DNA of 50,265 nucleotides from an uncultured Verrucomicrobiales bacterium. GTDB lineage: Bacteria; Verrucomicrobiota; Verrucomicrobiia; Verrucomicrobiales; Akkermansiaceae. The DNA lies in assembly GCA_964576595.1 (NCBI GenBank), contig CAZNVW010000001.1, forward strand, positions 1-50,265. The letters run 5' to 3'. Position numbers and translations under genes: made by a program. Positions 9,737 through 20,356 of the stretch are shown one piece after another (position 1 is the stretch's first letter; the number at the start of each line of letters is the position of its first letter). The notes under the pieces are model-generated. The model had not been told where the DNA came from. It saw nothing but the letters and a program-made list of their open reading frames with translations, and made no database searches.

Positions 9737-11820
9737 CTATTTGTCGAGACTGATTTCCCGTGGAGAGTCTATGACAATACTTCTCAGTTCCCGTTTTTCT
9801 TTTGTCTCGGCCCATACTCTCAATGTACCGGGGCAGAATACTTTGATTTTCAATTGAGCCGGGGTAGAGGAGATGATTTGTACAGTGGCCGGCGAAAGAA
9901 ATTTTTCCTCTATTCCTACAACAGCCCATCCGTTGCGAATGGGGCAAAGATGAAAAAGTTCATCCGTAAAGCCAGTCAGGTTTATTTCCTTTTTTCCGGT
10001 AAGTTTTTCCGCTGTTTTTTTCTTCCAATCAAACAACAGGATGCCTTCATTCGATTGAGGCGCATTATTGCGGAATGTATCGCACAGTTTGTAATCCGAC
10101 TTGTCAATGAAGGAGCGTACCGTCTTGTGCCTGGGCGACACATTGAGATTGTAGCATATAATGGTCAGGGCCTCCTCTCCCGTCGGAGCAAAGACACGAT
10201 AGTCCCGCCCCTCCATCATGGGATTGGTCAGAATAGATTCCGGCGCGGGCACGGCTGGAGCGACAGGGCGGAACAAACGGCCTTTATCGTCAATCAGGGG
10301 CCATATATTTTCGCCGACAAAGGTAGAGGGTATATCCGACAGGTAAACCGGACCTCCCGACACCGCTTTGGAGCGAGCCATCAAAGGCCCGCAAACGGTA
10401 TCGCTGGAATGGAACATGTCATGGTCAGGCCATACGGTCGGCCCCAGCAGCAATGTATTGACATATGACTGAAACAGGTGCGACCGGGCCATATTTTCAT
10501 TGAGCTTTTTATAGTCGATGCTGACACGGGTGGCCGCACTGTATGTCGTATGGTCGGTGTTGACGACGTTTTGCGCCATACAATTCATCAATCCCATCTT
10601 GTGCCGCTGCATTTGATCCTCCAGTGCGAGATTGCAGTCTATGGCCTGACGGACAACTTTTGTCTTTCCCATGTAAAGCGGCAGGGTAAAGGCCTGGTTG
10701 TCTATTTTCAGGAAATCAAAGCCAAAGTCTTTGAGCGTCTTCACATAATATTCATAAAAAGCGTTTATTTTTTTCCCTTCCGGTCCGGGAAGCATGGTTC
10801 CGTTATGAGGATACAGCGACTGTTTTATGGATGCGGGAAAATCGTTCTCCGCCGCAATTCCTTCCCAATATCCGGAAAGAGCGTACCACAGGCCTATCCA
10901 TTTGATTTTTTTCTTCCTTTTTCATGGCCATGATATTGCGCCATTGATCGGGGAATTTCCGGGAGTCCGGCGTGAAGCTGGTCAATTTCTGCAAGGCCCG
11001 GTTGGCAATATGTCCGTCGTCAATCAAAACATACCGAACGGGGATGTTCGATTGTTCGATCTCTTTCATGTCCTTGATGATTTTGGCTTCGTCTATGTCA
11101 AAGTGATAGTGTTCCCATGTGCACCAGCCCAAATATTCAAAGGCCTCAAAATAGTTTTTCCGATTCCGATGTTTCAGGGAGGACGCCTCCCGGTCTGCCA
11201 TCAGGGATTGCGCCGCCTCTTCCATGAGTTGATAGGGGTTGGCTCCTTTTTGCAAGGCGAGGAGGGGAACCTTCCTGGCGAGACAATCTTTCCCCATAGT
11301 AGAGACAAGAAGTCTCGGCTCTCCATTCTTTTCCATCACAAACCAGCTGAGGCTGTTCTTGCCAGACACGGCCTTGAGAAACAGATACTCCCCGTTTTTC
11401 TGTTGAAGTAAAAGGGCGTCGCCCAAGACGGAGGGGGCTCCGTTGGAAGGGATGCCGGGATACCCCGGTTTTACCAGATCGGACAGTTGCTCAAAAGGCC
11501 ACGGCAACAACCGGTTGGTCACATTGGGCCATTGGTAATCGCCCTGTTTCGTATCCCGGGCAAAAAAAAGTCCGCGCACATAGGGCGGGAGTTCCAGATT
11601 GTAGGCAATGGTACTCGTATTATCCGGCGTGTTTTTCTCGTATAGGAGAGACGAGGGAAGATCCTGCGGACAAATGGCTGTTTTCATCGGAACAGCCTTT
11701 ATTTCTTCAAATGATTTTCCTTTTTTATAAAGGAAAATCATGGGGAGATTCGGTCTCTGCCGATGTCGCCGCGACAAGGGGAAGCAACGTCAGTAAAGCA
11801 GCGGAAAGAAAATATTTCAT
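9737..11820 (-). pseudogene. GH36 / raffinose-synthase (Sip1)-like glycoside hydrolase, frame-disrupted
   Basis: The N-terminal ORF 10803-11777 (YLGWCTWEHYHFD, VRYVLIDDGH) and the C-terminal ORF 9737-10795 (DFLKIDNQAF) belong to one protein. The C-terminal frame reads back through IKWIGLWYALSGYWEG into the homopolymer run at 10906-12 (T7 on + strand, A7 on the coding strand). Removing one base from that run fuses the two ORFs. A signal peptide, MKYFLSAALLTLLPLVAATSAE, starts at 11820 in a third frame. Confidence 0.7.
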
Positions 11821-11875
11821 GTCGGATTCGTGATTTTTTAAATTGATCCGCCTTGAGCAGTCGGCGCGGGCAGGT

Positions 11876-12946
11876 CTAGCGGATAAGGAGGAAGGAGACA
11901 AGCACCGCCTTGTGATCCGTAGGCCAGACTCCCAAAGGCTCCGTCACCGACTCCCGCTCATTCCCGTTAACCCGTCTGTTTCGGCACACATCGCCTCTCG
12001 GCCCGATTATCCTGGCATCCTCTACGGAGAGGCCCGGATAATCGGCATAAAATATGTAATCTATGCGGTCCCGGTCATCCGCGTCGGGGCTCCACTCCAG
12101 ACGCTCCAGCCGGGCGTCCCTGCAGTCTGCGGGATAGGTAAAGCCCGGATGTGTCACCGGGTCGGGATATTTTGCGCGGTAGCAGTCGATGAAGCCCTCC
12201 TTTTCCAGCATTACCGTACAATCCCAGGGTACGATCATTCCGTGATGATCGCGCATGTTCCGGGTTTTCTCCGTCCAGTCCAAATGGGACGGCTCGTTAA
12301 AATCCCCGCCGAGGAGAACCAGCCGCCCCGCCTCCCTGTCCTTTTGCGCGGCCTGGAGAAAGGCGCGCACGGCATCGTCCCGGCGAGACGCCCTGTTGTT
12401 GTCCAGAATTTTCTCCAAATCAGTCACGGGAGCCGGCAGTTTTTTCCAGGTGGAGCCGTCATATCCTCGCGGCAAGTATAAAGCGCAGTTTCTGTAATCC
12501 AGGTGAGCCGTATAAACGGCGATCTCCTGCCCGTCCTTCTCCGTGACAATCCGGTAAATGCTCCCCTGGTCGTTGTTGAGGGGAAATACGGTGGCGTGCT
12601 CTCGAATGGGGTGACGGCTCAAGATTCCCGAGTCCTCGGAATAGAACGAGTAATACACCTTCCCCCGTTTGGAAAGGGCCTCCACGATTCTGTCACAAAA
12701 CCGGGAGCTCCGGTAATTGCGAACTTCGCTCAATGTGACAAAATCGGCGTCTGTCCGGGCGATTTCGTCCGCTACCGCCTCAAATCCGCCCGGAACGGAC
12801 GTACCCTCCTGCCAGATATTGAACTGCATCAGGCTAAAAGAGGTTTCGCGACGGCAGGAAGAGAGCAAACATATCAGGCACAACAAAACGAGTCCCCCTA
12901 TCATTCCCGGCCGTCGGCCGCCTTTGCTTTTCTTCATCATTTTCAT
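11876..12946 (-). CDS. Endonuclease/exonuclease/phosphatase (EEP) family protein, probable lipoprotein
   Basis: MKMMKKSKGG...LLCLICLLSSC is a signal/lipobox-like N-terminus. EEP-type segments are LMQFNIWQEG, FVTLSEV, LLGGDFN and WPTDHKAV. Confidence 0.8.
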   Translation of the reverse strand: MKMMKKSKGGRRPGMIGGLVLLCLICLLSSCRRETSFSLMQFNIWQEGTSVPGGFEAVADEIARTDADFVTLSEVRNYRSSRFCDRIVEALSKRGKVYYSFYSEDSGILSRHPIREHATVFPLNNDQGSIYRIVTEKDGQEIAVYTAHLDYRNCALYLPRGYDGSTWKKLPAPVTDLEKILDNNRASRRDDAVRAFLQAAQKDREAGRLVLLGGDFNEPSHLDWTEKTRNMRDHHGMIVPWDCTVMLEKEGFIDCYRAKYPDPVTHPGFTYPADCRDARLERLEWSPDADDRDRIDYIFYADYPGLSVEDARIIGPRGDVCRNRRVNGNERESVTEPLGVWPTDHKAVLVSFLLIR

Positions 12947-13125
12947 AGCGCGTTTCTTCCCGGAGACAAAGCAGTCGTTCACTCCCAATCGTTATGACTA
13001 CGTCAAAAGGCCGATTGATCTTCCATTTATTTCAAATAACGGGAGGGAAAGACACTTTCCCCACACAAAGACTTGCAATTAAAGTGCAATCCTTCACTAT
13101 TTCCCGCCGTTCATTTGCCGTACCC

Positions 13126-14397
13126 ATGCCAGACGCACGTTTCCAACCCTTGACCGGATTCCGGGATTTCGCTCCCGAAGAATGTTCCATTCGCAATTAT
13201 ATTTTTGAAACATGGAAACGGGTCGCCCATCGTTATGGTTTTACGGAGTACGAGGCGCCCACGCTTGAGGCCACCGAGCTTTATCTAAAAAAAACCGGAG
13301 GCGAGCTTCCCACCCAGCTCTTCCGCTTTGAGGACCAGGGAGGCCGCGACGTCACCCTCCGCCCTGAGCTGACCGCCTCTCTCGGCCGTATCGCCGCCGC
13401 CTATCAGAGAGAATACGTCAAGCCTCTCAAGTGGTTTGAAATCGGCTGCTGCTTCCGCTACGAAAAGCCGCAAAAGGGACGCCTCCGCGAGTTTTATCAG
13501 TTCAATGCGGATATTCTCGGAGAGAAAAGCACCCACGCCGACGCCGAGCTGATCTCGCTCGCCATCGACTGCATGAGAGAGTTCGGCTTTCAGCCGGGCG
13601 ACTTCATTGTCCGGGTCTCCGACCGTGAAGCCTGGATCAAGTTTGCCTCGGAGCGAGGGATTGCCGAGGATCAAATCCCCACCTTCCTGGGCGTCGTGGA
13701 CAAGCTGGAGCGTGACCGGGAAGAGGATACGAACCGCAAGCTCGCGCCCTTCGGCCTTGTCCGATCGGAACTGGAGTCCTTCATCGCCGAGCCTCCCGCC
13801 GGCTCCTCCGAGCGCTACGAGGTGCTTCTTGAGGATCTGACGGCCCGCGGGCTCGAGGCCTATGCCTCGCTCGACCTCTCCATCGTCCGCGGCCTCGCCT
13901 ACTATACCGGACTGGTCTTTGAAATCTTCGATACATCCAAGAATCTCCGCGCCGTCGCCGGAGGCGGCCGCTACGACACGCTCGTCGCCGGCCTCTCCAA
14001 CAATGCGGCAGATCTCCCCGCCACCGGATTCGCCATGGGAGACGTCGTCATCCGCCACCTGATCGAGCAGACGCCCCATGCGAATGTCCTGCTGCAAAAC
14101 TACCTTGCCAGGGGCGCGTGCGACCTGTACATCGTCGTCGCCGACGAGACCCGCCGCAAGTACGCGCTCAGCCTCGCCTCCGTCCTGCGTGATCAGGGCC
14201 TGCGCATCGATCTGCCTCTCTCTCCGGCCAAATTCGGAGCACAGTTCCAGCGGGCGGAAAAACAGGGAGCCAAATACGCCATTATCGTCAACGAAGCCTC
14301 CCCCGAAACGTACGAACTGAAAAATCTCTCCACCCGGCAGGCCGAAAAATTCGATACCGAGACCCTGCTGGAAACTCTGTCCACCCTCTTTTCCTAA
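13126..14397 (+). CDS. hisS: Histidine--tRNA ligase
   Basis: ATG at 13126 gives MPDARFQPLTGFRDFAPEE. Class II motifs are RPELTASL, YQFNADILG and GGGRYDTLV. The upstream part of the listed ORF is not HisRS-like. Confidence 0.93.
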   Translation: MPDARFQPLTGFRDFAPEECSIRNYIFETWKRVAHRYGFTEYEAPTLEATELYLKKTGGELPTQLFRFEDQGGRDVTLRPELTASLGRIAAAYQREYVKPLKWFEIGCCFRYEKPQKGRLREFYQFNADILGEKSTHADAELISLAIDCMREFGFQPGDFIVRVSDREAWIKFASERGIAEDQIPTFLGVVDKLERDREEDTNRKLAPFGLVRSELESFIAEPPAGSSERYEVLLEDLTARGLEAYASLDLSIVRGLAYYTGLVFEIFDTSKNLRAVAGGGRYDTLVAGLSNNAADLPATGFAMGDVVIRHLIEQTPHANVLLQNYLARGACDLYIVVADETRRKYALSLASVLRDQGLRIDLPLSPAKFGAQFQRAEKQGAKYAIIVNEASPETYELKNLSTRQAEKFDTETLLETLSTLFS

Positions 14398-14418
14398 CCT
14401 CTTCTCAAAATTCCCGAT

Positions 14419-16218
<1,800 letters not shown>

Positions 16219-16249
16219 TCCCCTCCCCTCACGGGATTTTTACCTCAAA

Positions 16250-16277
16250 GGGCGGAACGCGCGTTCCGCCCTTTTTT
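16250..16277 (+). terminator. Rho-independent terminator after aspS
   Basis: gggcggaacg-cg-cgttccgccc is a perfect 10-nt inverted repeat, followed directly by tttttt. Confidence 0.8.
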
Positions 16278-16339
16278 CATTCCCGCCCGCGCATACTCTC
16301 CTCTTGACCGCGAGCCTGTCTTGCTCCATCCTGCCGGGC

Positions 16340-17131
16340 ATGAAAGTAGTCGCCATCGCCAACCAAAAGGGAGGAGTCGGAAAAACCACCACCGCCATCA
16401 ACCTGTCGGCGGCTCTGGCAAAACTGGGGCAAAAAATCCTGCTCATAGACCTTGATCCCCAGGCAAACGCGACCAGCGGCCTGGGCATTGAGTCCACCAT
16501 GGAGAGCTGTCTCTACCAGCCCTTGATTGGGGAAGGCTCCGCTGTCGAGCGCATCCTGCCCACGGGACGCGACAATCTCTGGATCATCCCCTCCCACATG
16601 GAGCTGGCCGGGGTGGAAATCGAACTGGCCCGCACGGGCAAGCATCTGACCAAACTGAAGGAGATCATCTCGGGCATACGCGACACGTTTGAAATAGATT
16701 TCTGCATTCTCGATACTCCCCCCTCTCTCGGCGTACTGATGACCTCGGCTCTCGCCGCCTCCGACGAGATTCTGACGCCGCTCCAGTGCGAGTGGTTCGG
16801 CCTTGAGGGGCTGGCCAAGATTATCCAGGTAGTCCGCCAGATTCAACTGTCGGGGGCCAACTCTCTCCTGCGCCACGAGGGCATTCTGATGACCATGTAC
16901 GACGGCCGCACCAACCTGTCCCGGCAAGTCGTCGATCAGGTCAAGGAGCACCTGCCCAACAGCCTTTACCAGTCAGTCATCCCCCGCTCCATCCGGCTGG
17001 GAGAGGCTCCCAGCTTCGGGCACACCATCTTCGAGCACGACGGCGGAGGCTCCGCCTCCATCGCCTATCTGGACGCCGCCCGCGAGTTTCTGAAACGCCG
17101 GGGCGTCGATGTCAAAAAGAAAAAACGCTGA
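16340..17131 (+). CDS. parA: ParA/Soj-type chromosome partitioning ATPase
   Basis: ATG at 16340 gives MKVVAIANQKGGVGKTTTAINLSAALA (deviant Walker A). Also LLIDLDPQANAT and IPRSIRLGEAPSFG. Confidence 0.9.
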   Translation: MKVVAIANQKGGVGKTTTAINLSAALAKLGQKILLIDLDPQANATSGLGIESTMESCLYQPLIGEGSAVERILPTGRDNLWIIPSHMELAGVEIELARTGKHLTKLKEIISGIRDTFEIDFCILDTPPSLGVLMTSALAASDEILTPLQCEWFGLEGLAKIIQVVRQIQLSGANSLLRHEGILMTMYDGRTNLSRQVVDQVKEHLPNSLYQSVIPRSIRLGEAPSFGHTIFEHDGGGSASIAYLDAAREFLKRRGVDVKKKKR

Positions 17132-17150
17132 ATCCCCCCCTCTCCCGGGA

Positions 17151-17178
17151 GGAGGAAATCAAACGGTTCCTCCTTTTT
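17151..17178 (+). terminator. Rho-independent terminator after parA
   Basis: ggaggaa-atcaaacgg-ttcctcc stem-loop followed by ttttt. Confidence 0.6.
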
Positions 17179-17198
17179 CCCGCACAAGCATTCTCCCG

Positions 17199-17231
17199 AA
17201 AAAAATGCGCCGCCCGATCATCAGGCGGCGC
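17199..17231 (-). terminator. Rho-independent terminator after the autotransporter gene
   Basis: On the minus strand, gcgccgcc-tgatgatcg-ggcggcgc is followed by a T7 run (A7 at 17199-17205 on the plus strand). Confidence 0.75.
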
Positions 17232-17252
17232 ACTCCGTTTTAAGGGGAATTA

Positions 17253-20102
17253 TCAGAAGATGTATCTCACACCGGCATTGGCGTTCAGATCCCGCGTATC
17301 GTCGCGGAACTCGAAGTTGATCCCGCCAAAGGTAGAAAACCGCTCCGTCACGGGCACTGTCATGCCCGCGCCGATCAACCCGCCCACGCGATTCATTGAG
17401 GCAGGGGCAAGGGTAAAGTTTTTCCCGGGAGCCCCGAGGAACGACGCCTCGACGCTTGCGCCCTGGTCGCCCACATCGGCGGTCAGCAGCGCGGAGAGCT
17501 CTACTGTCGCGGCGGGCGCGCCGTTAAACAGGAAGAGACGCTGCGTATGGCGGACGCCCATGCCCAATACGGTCGCCCATGCATCCTGTTTGGCCAGAGT
17601 CAACCCGGCATTGCCTATGGCGCCGCCCTCACTGTAGCCGTCGATCCGGTTCAAGCTGCTCTCTATCGTGAAGAGAGGCGCGATGCTGGAGGTCTCGCCA
17701 AGAGCGAACTCATAAGACAGTTCATACGACAGGTTCAGCGACAGGCCGTCCGTCCGGCCTCTGGATTCGCGGCCAAATCGGTCGCCGACCGTGACAAACC
17801 GGTCGTTGACAAAGTCGTGGAACCCGACCCCCACGCTCGCGCGGTGCTGCCATTGACCGCTCCGGAAGCTGCCGTAAAGGTCAATCGTGCAATGGTCCGA
17901 TTCATACCGCTCGCCGGTCACGGAGGTGCGCGCATGGTCGTAGCCGAGGGCCAGCCCCGCCAGCGCGTTTTGCGTCAGACGGCGTTCCAGGCCCATCAGG
18001 CCGCCCCATGAGCTCCTGCTGAAGCCGGGCGCATTGCTGTCTGAGGCCGCCCTGTTGTACCCGGTCACAGGCGAGAACCACATATCCGTATTGACGGCGG
18101 CAGGGCCGGACTCACTGCCGGCAAGCCCCACGCGATAGACATTGTCTCCCATGGAGCTGCGCAAGGTGCGCAAGTGATTGATGCCGCCCGCAATCAGGGA
18201 GCCCATTGTCGTGGTGAGGCTCACGCCGCCCGCCGAGTCGAGGGCGGCCCGGGCGTCATCGGAGCTTCTCGTAGTGTCCAGCGCATCCATCATCCCGCCC
18301 AGAGCGCCGGAGGCCGAGCCCGCCCTATCCAGAGACTGGAGCGCATCGCTCACCCGAGTCTGGTTTGCATTCTTTCCTACGCCCTTGTAATTGAGAGACA
18401 GGACAAGGTCGGCGCCCCTGTCGGTGTACTCGATGTGGGCGTTGTGCAGATAGAAGCCATGCTGCACGTCAGTCTGGAAGGTACCCGAGATTTCGCCGGC
18501 TTCCACCAGCGTGTATCTTTCATCTCCGGAGAGGGAGAGTTCCTGCTCCGCGATATCATCTCCCGTACGTATTTCCACGACGGCCTGATTCAACTCGGCC
18601 TTGCCGGCCACTACCAGCCTGTCATGGGCATTACGGGCAATATCCAGGTCAAAGATAACCTTTGTTCCGCTCCTGTTGACGCCCGATTCATCGACTCCGG
18701 CATATCTGAGGCTCAGTGAGCCCACAGTCAGTACCGCCATGCTTCCGCGGTCTCCCGCTCCGCCTATTTCGATGACGGTATCGTCGCCCAGGGCGGCCAC
18801 ATGACCGGAGGTAAATCCGTTGCCGGACAGCATCGTTCCTTTTTCCAGAACAATGGAGCTGCCTATTCTGCCGTTGAGGGCGAGACTGCCCTCGTTTACC
18901 CGGATCGCTGCGGCAAAGTCCTGGCTCTGGGCGTTGTTGATTTCGAGATTGGCCGCGCCCGTCTTGTTCATCAGGCCCCGGCGCCCTTCAAGGAGGCCGC
19001 TCCAAACGGTGTCGGACAAGGTATCTACCGTAAACTCGCGATTGCCGTCCACGGCCAGGGCGGAGTCAAAGTACACCGCGTCCCCGCCTAGCGTGCCGGA
19101 CTGGAGCGTGACGCCGGTTCCGTCAATGAGCAGGGTGGATTCGCTGCCGTAGGCGTTGGAGGACTGAACGGCCAGCGTACCTTCGGAGAGATGGAAAGTG
19201 CCCTTGTAGGAGGACGGAGTGTTGAGGATAAGAGTGCCTTCGCCTGTCTTGTAATAGTCGGTGGAGTCCTCAAGCTCTCCTTCAAATCTTACGGACTGGC
19301 CGGTATCTATCATGATCGTACCGGCGTCATCCTTTTGAAGGGAGCCTTCCTTCATGAAGTACTCATAGACACTTCTCATCCGTTCATCCGCCGGATTGAG
19401 AGGCATTTCACTGAAAATCTGCCTGTTTTCCTCAGGATTGAGGGCGGAGGGTTCGGAAAAAAGACGTTTCTTTTCTTCGGATAAATCAAACGCGCTCTCG
19501 TCTTCCCGGAGGTCTTCCCCGTCGTCTTCGGCCTCAAGAGTCAAATCCGCATCCCTGACCTGAGCCTTGCCCGAATGGGGACTGCCCGACACCGTATCCG
19601 TAAGGGGCAGCTCCTTTGGAGGGGCTGTTTCAGCAGCGGCATCTATGACAGCCCCCGTACTCAAGGCCTCCATAAAGTAATTTGTGCAGCTGATCACGAG
19701 ATCATCCGCAACAAGAGCCGCCAGAGAGGACAAACCGCCCTCGGCGAGGTTGAAAGTACTGCTCCCGGTCTTGTGGTGCAGCTCATTGGCCGCATCCAGC
19801 AATCCGGCCAGAGTCAGGTCTTCTTCACTCTGAATGACCGGGCGGCCGAAAGAAAACTCCCCGATCCCGACAATAGGGCGATCACCAGCGGAGGAGCCGG
19901 CCTCACACCCGACCGCCGCGCATTCGGAGGCATCCCCTTCGGAAGACACAAGCCACACGCCGTCATACGGCGCGATTCCCGCATTGTTTTCGCTTGAGGA
20001 CCAGTCCGCAGAGACGCCCGCCGCAGAAGCTGCCATGACTGAAGAAACAGTAAAAGCGGCCAAAAGCGCCTTACGCAGTCTAGTGGGCAGGTGAAGTTTC
20101 AT
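17253..20102 (-). CDS. Autotransporter outer-membrane protein (beta-strand-repeat passenger plus C-terminal beta-barrel)
   Basis: N-terminus MKLHLPTRLRKALLAAFTVSSVMAASAAG. Passenger repeats such as GEGTLILNTPSSYKGTFHLSEGTLAV. The C-terminal 270 aa or so have alternating beta-barrel character and end ...NANAGVRYIF. Confidence 0.85.
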   Translation of the reverse strand: MKLHLPTRLRKALLAAFTVSSVMAASAAGVSADWSSSENNAGIAPYDGVWLVSSEGDASECAAVGCEAGSSAGDRPIVGIGEFSFGRPVIQSEEDLTLAGLLDAANELHHKTGSSTFNLAEGGLSSLAALVADDLVISCTNYFMEALSTGAVIDAAAETAPPKELPLTDTVSGSPHSGKAQVRDADLTLEAEDDGEDLREDESAFDLSEEKKRLFSEPSALNPEENRQIFSEMPLNPADERMRSVYEYFMKEGSLQKDDAGTIMIDTGQSVRFEGELEDSTDYYKTGEGTLILNTPSSYKGTFHLSEGTLAVQSSNAYGSESTLLIDGTGVTLQSGTLGGDAVYFDSALAVDGNREFTVDTLSDTVWSGLLEGRRGLMNKTGAANLEINNAQSQDFAAAIRVNEGSLALNGRIGSSIVLEKGTMLSGNGFTSGHVAALGDDTVIEIGGAGDRGSMAVLTVGSLSLRYAGVDESGVNRSGTKVIFDLDIARNAHDRLVVAGKAELNQAVVEIRTGDDIAEQELSLSGDERYTLVEAGEISGTFQTDVQHGFYLHNAHIEYTDRGADLVLSLNYKGVGKNANQTRVSDALQSLDRAGSASGALGGMMDALDTTRSSDDARAALDSAGGVSLTTTMGSLIAGGINHLRTLRSSMGDNVYRVGLAGSESGPAAVNTDMWFSPVTGYNRAASDSNAPGFSRSSWGGLMGLERRLTQNALAGLALGYDHARTSVTGERYESDHCTIDLYGSFRSGQWQHRASVGVGFHDFVNDRFVTVGDRFGRESRGRTDGLSLNLSYELSYEFALGETSSIAPLFTIESSLNRIDGYSEGGAIGNAGLTLAKQDAWATVLGMGVRHTQRLFLFNGAPAATVELSALLTADVGDQGASVEASFLGAPGKNFTLAPASMNRVGGLIGAGMTVPVTERFSTFGGINFEFRDDTRDLNANAGVRYIF

Positions 20103-20356
20103 GAATTTAACGTAGAGTAATCCCTGTTCCCAAAAGGGAAATGAGTTCCGGTCAGCCCGAAAAAATCATCGCCTCAAGTATAAAGTTGAATGGGTAAATG
20201 TAAATTAAATATCTTCCCCGCCACCCAAAATAGCCTGCGTGGAAAAAGCCGTTTTCTCCCGGAAATTCCTCCTATTCGCGAAGATTTTCTTCCCGAAAAC
20301 AGTTTATGCCTCTCTTTTTATCCTCCATGCCCGGTGTCTCCCCGGGCCATATTTTT

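Noticed and set aside
20103-20356. A 254-nt spacer between the autotransporter start and the beta-helix gene stop, examined for small RNAs, tRNA or repeats.
   Set aside because: It holds only a short hairpin (gcccgg-ggagaca-ccgggc on the minus strand) without a U-tract. There is no cloverleaf-like or repeated structure, which is insufficient for any call.
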